Part shown: piece after piece, positions 40,433 through 53,762 of the stretch | Position numbering within the stretch: position 1 is the first letter of the stretch | Layout of the letters: every line of letters begins with the position of its first letter | NCBI GenBank assembly: GCA_965112155.1 | Contig: OZ218100.1 | Origin: Podarcis liolepis | Lineage: Eukaryota | Reading direction: 5' to 3' (one strand) | DNA: 64,000 nucleotides | The notes under the pieces: generated by a model | Told to the model about the DNA's origin: nothing | Database searches by the model: none | What the model saw: only the letters and a program-made list of their open reading frames with translations | Program-made: the position numbers and the translations under genes

Positions 40433-41542
40433 CAGTGGCGTAGCGTGGGTTGTCAGCACCCGGGGCAAGGCAAGTAATTTGCGCCCCCTAACCCGTGGAT
40501 TTGCGCCCCCTAACCCTAACCCCCAGATGTTGCGCCCAGTACAGCCGCCCCCCCTGCACCCCCCACGCTACGCCACTGCTAAGGGGACAAGGAACACGCG
40601 TGAGGTGGGTGGAAAAGGATGTGGCTAATAATGCAGGAGGGGGGTCTAAGGGGAAAAGGAGCTCGCATGGGGTGGTGGGTGGAGAAGGAGCTTTTCGGAG
40701 AGCTGAGCGGGGAGGGGGGAGGGAAAGAGCACTGTTGCTTTAAAGGAGCCAACCGGACAGCAGCCACTTACAGCAGTGTAAGCAGCTCCTTTCCACTCCC
40801 GCTTTGCTCCTTCTCTCCCTCTTTGCTGCTTTACACAGCTAATGGTGAATCCCCTGCAACCCAAGTCCTGCTCAGCGGATCAGCTGAGACGCTGGGAGAA
40901 TCGTAATTTCCCTCTCTCCCTCATCCCGTGCCCTCCTGTCCCCAGCAGCCTTTTAAAAAACTTTTTTACTGGTTTTCACTGCGCTCGTGGCTCAGAGCCC
41001 TCCTGTGCCTTGCCGTCCCTCTGCAGCCTCATTGCTCTGTTTAGAGAGCGCACGGACCTTTGCTAGCTGAGGCTGCAGCAGCTGTTGCTGGCTACGCAGC
41101 GCTTTTTCCGGCTCGCTATGGCTCCCGTCTGTCCCTCCTCGCGTGTAAGCGGCTGCTGCCTGCTTTGCTGGCATGGCTCTCCTTCCCTCCCTCCTCCTCA
41201 GCTCCACCCCCTCCTCCTGGCTGTAAAGCAAGCATGAGTGCATTCGCTCTGTAACACGCACAGGCATTTTCCCTTCCTTTCTAGGAGCAAACAAGTGTGT
41301 GTTTTGGAGCGAAAATTACGGTAATTCCCAGCAAGCAATTAGCAGGCTCGCTCCACCTCCTCCTCCTCCCGGCTTTGCTGCTGCTGCTGCTGCTGCTGCT
41401 GCGCGGCTCTTTTCCTCCACCGACGGCGCGCTGCGCCTTGGAGAGGTTCCCGCTTCCTCGAGGGGGCCCGGCCAAACGCGCCCCCCAAAATGTTGCGCCC
41501 GGTGCGGCCGGCACCCCTGGCACCCCCCACGCTACGCCACTG
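40433..41542 (+). mobile_element. Composite non-autonomous hAT element, 1110 bp, with two right ends
   Basis: Same TIR as 29264; right TIR ends at both 40578 and 41542; the perfect TSD GCAGGGCT flanks only the outer ends. Confidence 0.9.
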
Positions 41543-44500
41543 GCAGGGCTTAATGAATAGATGTGCGTAGGCTTATGACTGCCAAGCTAGACTGAAGGTC
41601 AGACAAGAAGATGTTTCTTTCCATGTATTTGTGGCCTTCACAGATAAATTTAAACAATGAATACAAAGTGTGGGGGTCTTACTGCAAATCTAAAAGTGAC
41701 ACCTTTCCAGTATGTTCAACTTTCCCTTCTCCTATGCCCTGGCTGTCTGCAGTTGATTGCTCCAGGTAAACTTCTCCCTTCCCAGCTCCAATATTAGCAG
41801 CCGGCTGGGAATGCAACTGGCTGCAAGGAGGTAAGGCACATGGGCTGGAGGGGGAAGAACATTGAGACCCCTTTTTCATATGCTGCTTTTATTGTTGCAG
41901 TAGAACAGAATACTTCAACAGAGTGGGCATGTGGATGATGTCTCTAATGTTATTTATTTAAGTCACTTATCTACTGTCCTCAAAAGTCCCAACCCTCCAC
42001 CTGGCAGTTTACACCGTTAAAATATCAATTCAATTAAAATCAGAAAGCATTAAGTAAGGGAAGCCAATAAAACCAATCCAAAACCAGGTAAGAGTTACAA
42101 TTAGTTAAAAGCCTGGCAAAATAAAATAAGCTAAAGGCTCTGCCTGCCTAAAAATCATCAAAGAAAGGGCCGGCCTAATCTCCCTTGGGAAGGAGTTCCA
42201 CTGCATGGGAGGTCACCAATGTATATGGCTGGCTCAGCCCTTACTTGAGAATACATCCCACTGAAAGGGATTGCACACAAAACTGTATTTTGTGGTCTGT
42301 TCTCTGTACTGCACTGCCCAAAAGATTTCTTGCAAAGATCTGTCCCCCTGCAGCAATGGGTTCCAGGAAGTTATTTTTATTGTTGGTAGATTTTTATGGG
42401 CAATGCATAGGGAAGGTGCTTTAAATGAAAACCAAGTTTATGCAATGCGATATTGAGTTTTAGTGCTGTGCATTTTATTGTGTTGCATAAGCACTTAGAG
42501 TTTGGAATAAGTGCTTTTAAAAATAAATCCAAATGACTCGGTAAATTATGGAGGAATGGAGCCTTGTTTTCATCTAAATTGTGCTGCATTTACATCAGTG
42601 TAACTATGATCAATCTCTGCAGTTATATTTGATTTACACCGGAATAAAATGAAAGGGTATTGAAATCCATGAAGTCTAGAAACGGGGTTTGGGTTTGGAG
42701 TTCAAACTGCTATCTACAAACATAATAAAGAAAGGCGTCTGCTAGATCAAAGCCATTGTGACCTCCTCCATCATTGTGACTCATCCTTGAGTCTACAGAA
42801 TGAGAGAGCAGTTCAGTCTGGGTGACAGGGTAGTGTCCATGTATAAGCTGCAGTAGTACGTATTTTGGTGGAGAATGTCAATTACTACATAACCTGTATG
42901 ATTGACACAGGGGGCATGCACACTTTTTTGGGGGAGATATACACATGACTTCTTCACCATCATCAAAATGCCAGCTTTTAAAAAACATTTAATTCAGATT
43001 TCCCCTTACCGTGGAAAATCCAGTAAGTAAAAAGAACTCATTATACATCTGCAGTGGATATACCTGCATGTCCAGATGTCCAGAATGAGAATAGGGAATG
43101 GAGGGCTGGGAAAGACAGACTGATGAGAGGGGCAAGAAACACAGTCCGCATACTTTTGGTTAGGCTCCTCCTACTAGTATGGGCAAGCTGGTTGTGGAAT
43201 AGCTGTGAATATCCAGGTCTGGAAAACTGGAATGTGTGGAAACTAGCATGCCAGTTCTGTGCACATAAAAATCGGAATTACTCATTTGCAATGTACAAAG
43301 CCCCTGTCTGGAAGCACCCTTGCTCACGCAGAACAGACATCAATTCACCAACAGGAAAGTATCCCTGAAAGTATCCAGGTGATTACAGTGTTCCTGAGCA
43401 CATCCTTTTTTGATGGAGAACTTTCTGACTTGGGATTGAACGAGTGGCGGAATGTTTGTGCCATTTAACACATCAGATAATTTAGTCTTGTTGCCTAAGT
43501 CAGGTGTGGGGAAACTTTGGCTCTCTAGATATTCCTGAGCTGCAACTCGCATAATCCTTAGCTGTTGTCTATGCTTGCTAATGCTGATGGGTGTTGTAGC
43601 ACATATCTGACCTGAGTTGAAGAAGATGAATATTTTATATATTTAAATTTGAAAATTTCAATAGTATTAATTTTTAAAGCTTTCAAAATAGTTAATTTAA
43701 CCTTATAGGTTACACAGATGTGTATCCTATACTAGTCTAAAATTACTTAACAATAGGGATGGATGGACCTGTCACTTTCATTTTCTCCCTGTTTCTCATT
43801 TTTCCTGTCAGTTCCATCACATTTCCAAATCAGTTCGAGATATTTTTTAAGGTTCTTCTTAAAATTTGTTAGCATGCAGTTTTGTCTATTTTTCCAAGCA
43901 ATTTCCCCTAACGTAAAGCATGTTCATATGCTATTTTCTCTAATATATGCAGTGTTAAGTCAATGGTATAGAGTTGTGTTGGCATATCTGAGCAGTTGTA
44001 GTGGTGCATCTTATGTTCTGCTAACAAGGACATATCTTCAGTATAGCATCACACTATAAAATGCTAAATGAATTGGCTCCTCCTTTGTCTGGATTATGAA
44101 ATGAAGGCATCACCAGACTGGCCCATGATTGGCGGGCAGTGTTGCCATGCTCACTGTGGGGGCGTGGCTGTGATTTTTGCTCTCTCCTGTATTTTTGCAG
44201 CAGTATATTTTCTCTCTCTCCCCCCCCCCCCATCGTCTGCTTTGGGCTCAGTAAGTCTAGGATTCAACAGATGTTGTGCCAGTACAACAGCAGCATATTT
44301 CTACTGCCAGTGTAATTTGTGTATTGGATTGCTCTGGCCAAGTCCTATTGAACTAGATATGTTTAAGCATATGCTTAACGCTCCCATTAATGTGCTTAAC
44401 TTCAAGTGGGTTGTGCCCAATCAAAGCCCAAGCTCAGTAAACAAAGCACACTCAGATTGGACAAGCCAATAGTAGAAAATAAATGCAATGGACTGTTAGA

Positions 44501-45901
44501 TATGTAAAATATAGCAATTTTCTAACAAAATGCCATACTTAACATATCTAAAGGTCTGTGGTGCTATACTACCAACCTGTAAAATAATGAGTTGACTTTA
44601 TCTTGTAGTATATAACACAGTGAGTTTTTACAGCCTATTATACTCTTACAGTTGGGGTTTTAAATGATTTGATCAGATAAATTCTGCTTAACCTCCTGCT
44701 GGGAGTTTAGGAAAATATATTGAATGGGTCCTAGAATAGTATTCCTTAAATTCTATTGTGTCTTATAGATTGTTGCAACCATTCAGCCAGAAGCATCATC
44801 CGTTCCTTTTCAAAAGTTCCCAGGAATCAATTTAAAATTACATCTTGTAGAGGGCTAAATTTGCATGATGTTCTTTTAACATATCATCACAGAAATATTT
44901 CGTTCTACAAAGCCAGCTGCCCATAATATTTATTGCCACGCTGTTCCTATTGTTTCCTTCTGTATCAGCCCTGATTCCTATGCATTTCTGTTCACCTATA
45001 ACTGTTAGGTTCCAGTTCCTCCCATTCTGGCATACGACATCTATAATCGAGTTAATTACCTTTAAAGAAGGGATCAACAAATTATTACAGTGCAGGACTC
45101 CAAAAATCAAAATAATTTTTGGACACCCAGGTTTCCCCAAAAGGAACAGTTAAGGTATATATTGATAACTCGGCTTAGGTGATACGAGTAAAAGAGCTAT
45201 AGGCAAGCAGAATAAGAGAGGAGGCTGTGGAGTTATGAAACCAAATGTATTGCATAGTTCCCCCCCCCCCCACCTATTCATGCTTGCTTGAAAATAAGTC
45301 CTGCTGAGATCAATAAGACTTACTCCTTTGGGTAGCAGATTTTGGAGTACAATTAAAAGGAAAAAAATAAATAAATTAATATTTAGTTTACTATTATTTT
45401 ACCATAAAAGTGTCTGCGATTTGTATCCTTGGAAGCTTTGTTTCTGAGGTTAATTGTTGGGGGCTGGGGTGCATTGGTCACACAGGCTGCCAGATGGGTG
45501 GGTCATGCAAATTTATCCCAAATATGCTGTTCAGGATCTTTGTACAAAGACATTAGGTAGCTCAGCAACCATCAAATGTGTTTGTCTAGGGCAGGCCCAG
45601 TTAGGCCCAGGGAATCACCAACTTCAGTAAACAGACCAGCCACAGTGGACCAAAATGGAGGACAATGTGCCACTGTTTGGAATTCTTGGGCAAACTGTTT
45701 GGAATTCTTGCTGAACAACGGCATTCATGTGAGATACTGGCATTTTAGGATATAAGGACCTGGCGATTAGGTTAGAGAAAACATCATGCTGAATAAGATG
45801 CTAAAGAACGCAACCAGCATCTTAGCAGATTTGGAATCAGAACATTGATGGATTGTGTTGAAGAATGTGCTGGAATGTATCAAAGTGACCTGAGTAAAGT
45901 A

Positions 45902-46140
45902 CAGTGGTACCTCTGGTTATGTCCTTAATTCATTCTGGAGGTCCGTTCTTAACCTGAAACTGTTCTTAACCTGAAGCACCACTTTAGCTAATGGGGCCTT
46001 CCGCTGCTGCCGCCATGTGATTTCTGTTCTCATCCTGAAGCAAAGTTCTTAAGCCGAGGTACTATTTCTGGGTTAGCAGAATCTGTAATGTAACCTGAAG
46101 CATATGTAACCTGAAGTGTATGCAACCCGAGGTACCACTG
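45902..46140 (-). mobile_element. Tc1/mariner MITE, family A
   Basis: TIR CAGTGGTACCTC, TA on both sides. Confidence 0.9.
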
Positions 46141-47306
46141 TACTGCCAAAAAGCAGGCATTCCAGTTAACACTTCCTCCTGCTTAGATTATTGACTCTCC
46201 TAATCTGCCATTTACATAGGTTCCCCTACTAAAAGGATTGGTGTAAAAGTGGATTTGGTCCTGTCTACATTCACTTTGCCCCATTCTTTCTCATGCCACA
46301 GCCCAAACCTTGCCCTCTCAGAAGTAAATTCTGTTGAATTCAGGTAAACCTGATTAAGATTACAGCCACATTATCATGCAGCAGAAGACAGATTATGATG
46401 CATCAGAGGACAACCCTAACCCTAACCCTAGGGCAATAATTCAAAGTCTCATGCCTAGAGCAAAAACTACATCTTGATTACTTTGTCAGGGCAATATAAT
46501 GCTCTTTTTGTGCTGTTCTTAATGCATATTTTGTATGTACTCCATTGCTATACATTTATTTATACCCCACCCTTTTCCCAGACAGGGACTCAAGGCAGCT
46601 TACAAATAGGAACAGCTAAAAACATTTAAAAAAGCAACACACATAATTAATTTAAAAAAACGATTACATTTTCCTAATTTGTTGCTTTTTCTTCTATGCT
46701 CATAACATCTTCTATACAGAGAGAATATTATTCTCCAAATGAAGCATCATGCATTGCTTTCGGTTCATTTCAGCTACAATTTTGAGTCTGTGGTCTTCCT
46801 CACTGCTTATGTCTTATTCCTTGATCAACAGGTTGCTAAAGTGCAAATATGAGCCCCGATTAGATTATCAAATTAACAGAAGCTACTGCTTTCCCTTCCT
46901 TGGGGGCTTCCAAAATCCTTTACATCTGCTGAGGCAAAATAGATGAGAATTATCCATGCTCCAATCCCTTCTAATTCTCTACTTTTCCATTTTCTCTTAA
47001 CTTTTTATCACCCTCTGAATGCTCAGAGGCAGACCCATTGCAACCTTGCAAGCATCTTAGGCAAAATAAGAGCCCTTATTACCTTTGGTTTCTGCAATGG
47101 CCTGATTTTCCCCAAAGTCATATTGCTCTCTTTCACTAGGGTGGAAAGTCTAGAGACCCTCTTCCACCTGCCAGCATAACACAGTTTTTCTAACTGTCAA
47201 CATCTCTGCTGATAGGGGTGCAGTTCACTTCTGCATTAGACCTTGGATATCTTAAAGTATATTGCATTGTACGATCAGGCCATGTACTCAGGCCATGCAC
47301 CCTCAG

Positions 47307-47469
47307 TAGGGTGGCCAGATGCAAAAAGAACACCACTCCATTGTTGCACAGAAGAGAGAATTTAGGCAGGTGTGGCTTGATATGCCAGTTCTACCTGCTG
47401 AAATCCCCTCTTCTGCAGGACTATTGAAGGTGCAGGTGTGTCCCCCTCTTTTCACATCTGGCCACCCTA
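47307..47469. mobile_element. MITE
   Basis: 15-bp TIR TAGGGTGGCCAGATG / CATCTGGCCACCCTA. Confidence 0.75.
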
Positions 47470-49068
47470 GCACTTGGTGAACAAGGTCAATGATTCAGCA
47501 GTGCACATCCAAGTAGACAGGGATATCTTGTAAATGCCTAAAGCCCTTCTCTCTAATCCTGTCAACAGTGGCATTTGGGACTTCAGCCTTTCAGCTTTGT
47601 GTCAAACACAGAGCTGCCCCTGACTGGTAACAATGTTCAAGGCCAATAATTATTAATAAATCTGTACCAGTCGGCAGGTGATTGAGTTAGAAGCAGCCTT
47701 CCTTACCTTAGAGAATGCATGTGGATTTATGAGCAATCAGGGGAAATAATCGGGAACAGCTGGATGTGAGGCTTCCGGCTTTGCCTTGGAGCTTTTCGGC
47801 GGCTCAGCTGCAAGATCTGCATGCCACAATTGGCCTCTGGAGAGCGGCAAAACATCTCCTCTCTTGAAGTCGTGTTATTTTAACATCTGGAGCAACATAT
47901 AGTGGAGGCTGAGAGCGCAATGAGAATATGTTGATGATCGGATTAAGGAAAATGCCACTAAATTATTTCTTGGCTGGGTTCAGTAGTCTGAATCTGCATG
48001 GGTGCCAATGTTAAAACAAACACTTAAAAAACCATAGATGTTGATTAGATGCTAGATTTGTAGTATTCCTAGTAAGGCATATGGGAATAATTTTCATCCC
48101 TTTATTTTCCATTGTGCTGTTCTTGAAAATTATCATAATCCTGTAAGAGGACAAACGAAGCTGATGAATGTATTCCATTTGAGCAGGTCAACAGGATGTT
48201 AAAGAGCAAACCGGAGAAAGATGGATTGCTTTGTTTGAGGCCTTGACAAAGCTTTCAGCCTCACAATCCCAGATGTTTTATGTTTGTACTGTCAGCAGAC
48301 GAATTCCTGCTAGTCACATTGCACAAAGGAGTTATATATGTTAAAGATGGGTCTTTATCTGTTACCGAACTTCAGAAATATGTGTGTGTTGCTCTGAATA
48401 TTCTCATAATGAACTGAGTGCCGCCCCCCCTTTTTTAATGTAACTAAAACATGGTGAGGGATTCTACTAATGAAAGATGTATAAGATCTGAAGAGAAACC
48501 ATGGTATCATTAATGAGTACCATCAATGGAAGCCCTGTGCAAGGACGTCAACTTGTGCAGTGGGTTTTCCCCCTTGTTTGCTTCCTATACCCCCCCCCCC
48601 AAATCAGCTCAGAGAAGGTTTGGAAGAAGGGCTGCAATGACAAGACTCTGTCTGGACAGCCAAAATGCTTGCACTGATGGAACAACCCTCATCAATTCTA
48701 GTCAGCATGACCAGTGATCAGCAATGATAGTAATTGTAGTCCAACAGCATCTGCAGGGCTACAGGATAGCCTCCCCTGCTTTAAATGCTCATGGGATGGA
48801 TCAGAAATTGAGTGAACGCTATTCCATGCAAACTGCCACTTCTACATAAAGGAAACTAGCATGTCCGGGAGGACCAGTGGGAGATACAACAGAGAAAGGA
48901 GAGGGAAAGATGTATTAGGAAAAGATTGAGGGAAGAACATATATAAATACAGTGAAACACACTTAGGTATTGCTTCATCCGGAAGTGAGGAAAAAGGCAG
49001 GAGTGAGGAACATTTTTACCCTTGGAGTAGTCTCTCAGGGGTAGTCTGTTGGTGTGGTCATGTGCAAG

Positions 49069-49481
49069 TAGGGATGGGGGAAGAAATTTGATTCAATTCA
49101 CATTTAAAGACAAAAACACCTAATTCACTCTTTTCAAAACAATACACAAACCAATATAAAGCCATGCTTTGAAATTTGCATTTCTCTGAATTTTTCAAAT
49201 GCAACTCTCCTGTCAAGTAGTGTGGCTGGTGTGTGTGCGTGCATGCATGCACGTTATGATAAGGCATGCTTTAAATGTGTGTGTTAGAGAAAATAACATA
49301 CAAAATTGCACTGCATTAGGGGAAATTGTCTTGCCAAAGGTAAAACTGCATTTTTAAAAAGTATATGAGAAGAAATTCTCACTAAAATGTGGATGGATGT
49401 TAATGTGGAACTATGGAGAACTGAAATTAGCTGCAGAAAGGTGAGAAAATGAGAGAAACAGAAATTGCCTGCCCATCGCTA
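49069..49481. mobile_element. Old hAT-like MITE
   Basis: TAGGGATGGG...CCCATCGCTA termini; related fragment at ~43755-43930. Confidence 0.5.
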
Positions 49482-50674
49482 CAGACAAGCAGCGTAAGGG
49501 ACTGGAGCAGGAGGAGGGGAGACCCAAAAGACAGCAAAGTCAGAGCTACACCCACCCACCCCACCCACCCACCAATAAGCATCCAAAAGGCTTCCTGGAA
49601 GAGGCGGGTGTCAAGAAAGACAGAAAGGCAGCATTGTATTTTATAAAAGGAGAATCTACCCCTCCCTCCAAAAAACCCCAACTTGCACCTGCCCCAAATT
49701 TCCCTCTGCTACCCTTCAGTTAAAGATTTTTAATTTTAAGCCCAGCATCTTTTCACGAATATGTCTTGTGGCACTCATTACATATGAAACTGGGGTAAAC
49801 GTCATCCATCATTATGAGGTCTGTCAGCAGTTAATAGAGGTAAAACCAACTCTCAGTAAGAGCTGGGCTCTAATCCGCTGGTGCAGGTGCAAAACAAGAT
49901 GGAGATCTTCTGGGAATCTAATTTATTAAACATATGATAAAAGCCTATTATCTGTAATGGCTCAAAGATAAGAAGTCTATTAAAGATTCTTCCCACAATG
50001 AAGCTTGGCTGGTTCTTGCTAGCTGAGGAGCTGGCCTTCTTTTTGGATTATTTCATGCTATAACAACCCAGGTGAGAGACAAGAATACCCTGCTGTATCA
50101 TTTCTATATTTAGCCAAGCTCTCCAGTAAATTGCACTAATGATATACTGACATTTACACAACCTGTCTCGGGCATATCACACTTTGTCAATACTAAATGA
50201 GCCTGGCTATTTACATAGTCACCTATATAATTCCTCATGAGAGTTACTGGCAGTGTACATTTTTCTGGCTCTTAAGAAACCCCCAGTTGGAATTTTACAA
50301 CTTATAGCTATGTTGGCGATTGTCTATAAAGTCAGATATTAAATCTGAAAATGTTGTCTTGTGTGTTTTGCACCTTGCCTGCCCTGCTAAAGAAAAGGAG
50401 GGTGGGAGTTGATGTTTCATTAATGTGGCAATCAAATAAGAGCAATATTATTTCATAGCATATTGGCAAAACCATTTTTCCTTTTACTGTTTTATCATAT
50501 TAGAGGATGTACATCATAGGAACCTGGAGACATCCAACATAATGAAATACTTGATGGGTTAGCAATGGGAATAGCTACTTCTTTTTGTCTTCACATTCTA
50601 CTCTGTTTTTCTCTTTGAAACTGGAGTAAAGTGTTCAGGAACAAGAGTTTTCCATCTGTTCATGGTACAGTACT

Positions 50675-51430
50675 TGTCAGGGGTTCAGGAGCAGAGGCAA
50701 GGGCAAGGGAGGAAACAGAGAGCGAGGGGGAGGAGGCAGAAGAAAAGATGAGTGATGACGACGACCCGAGATCTCCGAGTCTTTCCAGTGAATCAGAAGA
50801 TTCACAGAAAGGAGCACCAGTGGCCAGGGCAAGGGGGGAGCCTAGGGGGACACCCCAGGAAGATAGAGCCAGAGGGGACTCAGAGGGGAGCAGTTGGAAA
50901 TCGGGACCAGCGTCACCGCCAGAGAGCAGGGAAGAGGAAGGGCGCCAGGGATCAAGCGCTGGCAGCTCACCACAGGAGGGAGGGCACGAGTCAGGAGTGG
51001 CCACACCTCCATCAGGGAGCGAAGAAACGGTCAGACGGAAAGTGGAAGGTTGGGCGCGCGCGCCAAGTTCAAATGCACAGGAAAGTGACGCAGTAGGCAG
51101 CCCGGAGAGGGAGCCAGGTCCTAAAGCCCGGCGCAAGGAGACAGGAGGGTCCGGGGGGTCAGCGTCAGAGGAATCCCGGAGGGAAGAGACCCCGGGGGGC
51201 AGAGGGACCCAGAGGAGAACAGTCAGGCGGAAAAGGTGGAGCAGGGCTAGGATATTAAGTTGGTGCACAAGGGGCGGAGACTCAGACGGAGCTTCGCCGA
51301 TCTAACCATAAGACGTAGAGTTGCACGCAGCAGCTTGAGAATGGAAACTGTAACTCAATAAAGACTTTTACTTAATGATCGCTGGCTAGCGTGATCCTCT
51401 GTGAGCTAGGATCGGGGAGCAGCTCTGACA
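50675..51430 (+). mobile_element. Solo LTR (756 bp), GC/purine-rich
   Basis: TGTCAG...CTGACA termini, perfect 5-bp TSD GTACT (50670-50674 / 51431-51435), AATAAA at 51357, GC box GGGGCGGAG at 51271. Confidence 0.88.
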
Positions 51431-51680
51431 GTACTGAATACAATTTGTTGTCCAGCTGTGCAAAAAATGCCTTGATGTCTTCAATATAAGTGAATACAGT
51501 TTCTGGTAAATTAAAAATATGTTCTTTCTTGCAGAGCAATATGTTAATAATATTGATACTGTTGTGAACTGCCATGAGATGATGGTGATGATTGGCAGTA
51601 TAGAAATATTTTAAATGAATGAATAAAACACACACAGAATATACCGACATTGTGGCTAAATGCTTAATGAAGCTTTGTAA

Positions 51681-51682
<2 letters not shown>

Positions 51683-51729
<47 letters not shown>

Positions 51730-53479
51730 TTTATTTATATCCAGCCCTCCCCAGCCGAAGCTGGGCTCAGGGCGGCTAACAACAATCAAAATAGCTCAAC
51801 ATTCTAAACCATTCATTATAAAATTAATTAAATCAAATTAAAATCAAATTAATGGCAACCATCAAGCAAAATTTTGTGCAGATTGCCAGAGGAGGGGGTC
51901 AGGCTGCGCCCTGACAAAAGGCCTGGTGGAACAGCTCTGTCTTGCAGGCCCTGCGGAAGGATGTCAGGTCCTGCAGGGCCCTAGTCTCTTGTGACAGAGC
52001 ATTCCACCAGATTGGAGCCGCGGCCAAGAAGGCCCTGGCTCTAGTTGAGGCCAGCCTAACCTCTCTGAGGCCTGGGATCTTTAGGTTGTTTTTATTTGCA
52101 GACCGTAAATTTCTCTGTGGGACATACCAGGAGAGGCGGTCCCGTAGGTACGAGGGTCCTAGGCCGTATAGGGCTTTAAAGGTTAAAACCAGCACCTTAA
52201 ACCTGATCCTGTACTCCACCGGGAGCCAGTGCAGCTGGTACAGCACCGGATGGATATGATCTCGCAGCGAAGACCCCGTAAGGAGTCTCGCCGCGGCATT
52301 CTGCACCCGCTGGAGTTTCTGGGTCAGTCTCAAGGGCAGCCCCACGTAGAGCGAGTTACAATAATCCAGTCTGGAGGTGACCGTCGCATGGATCACAGTG
52401 GCTCGGTCAGGGCGAGAGAGATAAGGAGCCAACTGCTTAGCTTGGCGGAGATGAAAAAATGCCGCCTTTGTTATAGCTGTAATCTGCGCCTCCATAGAGA
52501 GGGAGGTATCGAAGATTACACCCAAACTCTTCACGGATGATGCTGGCACTAATTGCACCCCCGCAAGAGACGGGAGTTGCCCCCTCAATCCCATATCGCT
52601 CCGTCCCAGCCAGAGGACCTCTGTCTTTGAAGGATTTAACTTCAACCGGCTCCCACGTAACCATCCAGCCACAGCTTCCAGACATCTGGTCAGTGTATCT
52701 GGGGCCGAGTCAGGATGGCCATCCATCAACAGATAGAGTTGGGTGTCATCGGCATACTGATGGCAACCCAGCCCAAAACTCCGGACAAGCTGGGCGAGGG
52801 GGCGCATAAAGATGTTAAAAAGCATCGGGGAGAGAATCGCACCCTGAGGCACTCCACACACCAAGGAGTGGCGCGATAACAATTCCCCCCAAGCGCCACC
52901 CTCTGTCCCCGACCAGAGAGAAACGAGCGCAGCCATTGAAGGACTGTGCCCTGGATCCCCACGTCGGCAAGGCGGCGGTCCAGGAGTTCGTGATCGACCA
53001 TGTCGAAGGCTGCTGACAGGTCTAGAAGAATCAGCAGCCCCAACCCGCCTCGATCCAGCTGCCTGCGGAGATCATCTGTTAGGGCGACCAGAGCCGTCTC
53101 GGTCCCATGGCCAGCGCGGAAGCCGGACTGGAATGGGTCGAGAGCAGATGTTTCATCCAGAAACCTACCAAGCTGTTCAGCAACCGCTCTCTCAATCACC
53201 TTACCCAGGAATGGAAGATTCAAAACCGGGCGGTAATTGGATAGATCTAAAGGATCTAATGATGTTTTCTTTAAGAGCGGACGCACCACTGCCTCCTTCA
53301 GTTCCCCTGGGAATATCCCAGTGCCAAGGGACAAATTGATGATATCACCCAGGGGGGCCCGCACCTCGTCTGGACACGCTCTAATCAGCCAGGACGGGCA
53401 CGGGTCAAGAGGACAGGTGGTGGGCTTTCCAGCTTGGAGGAGTCTGTCCACATCGGCTGGGGACAGTTCCGGAACTTAG
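51683..53479 (-). mobile_element. L2-clade LINE, 5'-truncated, with 3' stem-loop and (ATT)n tail
   Basis: ORF2 RT motifs; 3' end GTTAGCCGCCCTGAGCCCAGC...GGATATAAATAAA followed by (ATT)n at 51683-51727 on the minus strand. Confidence 0.93.
51899..53451 (-). pseudogene. L2 ORF2 reverse transcriptase fragment with one frameshift
   Basis: Two overlapping ORFs (52726-53451 and 51899-52936) carry NYRPV, QSGFRAGHGTETAL, LLDLSAAFD, GVPQGAILSP, YADDTQLY, LKLNPSKTE, SRLDYCNSL and LHWLPV. The frame changes at the C6 run 52885-52890. Confidence 0.9.
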
Positions 53480-53724
53480 AGAGGTGCAGAATCATACAGC
53501 CTAAACAATAAAACAATTGCCTTAGAATCTATATGAAATGTTTCTTTAGATTTGGATACTGCGACAAATAATATTTTGGATATACTGAACTCCACAGTGT
53601 TTATATAGGAAGGCACTGTCGAATATAGATATAGTTACAGATAGGTAGCCGTGTTGGTCTGCCATAGTCAAAATAAAAAAATTCCTTCCAGTAGCACCTT
53701 AAAGACCAACTAAGTTAGTTCTTG

Positions 53725-53762
53725 GTATGAGCTTTCATGTGCATGCACACTTCTTCAGACAC
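53725..53762 (-). ncRNA. Hammerhead ribozyme motif, inverted copy
   Basis: Minus strand reads GTGT-CTGAAGA-A-GTGTG CATG CACAT-GAAA-GCT-C-ATAC; stems I and II are kept through G.U wobbles. Confidence 0.65.

Noticed and set aside
41281-41560. PolyQ/polyA/polyL/polyS ORFs
   Set aside because: They are translations of the (CTG)n tract inside the composite hAT element.
43113-43152. CTGATGA...GAAAC...GTC hammerhead-like words
   Set aside because: Neither stem I nor stem II can pair; chance match.
45672-45710. 17-bp direct repeat ACTGTTTGGAATTCTTG with a 5-nt spacer
   Set aside because: Best explained as a small local tandem duplication; no further structure.
46412-46430. (CCCTAA)3 telomere-like repeat
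   Set aside because: Only three units; too short to call an interstitial telomere or a PLE/telomerase-related event.
50631-51305. 224-aa ORF as a host gene exon
   Set aside because: Apart from its first ~15 codons it lies inside a TSD-flanked solo LTR; low complexity, no recognisable domain.
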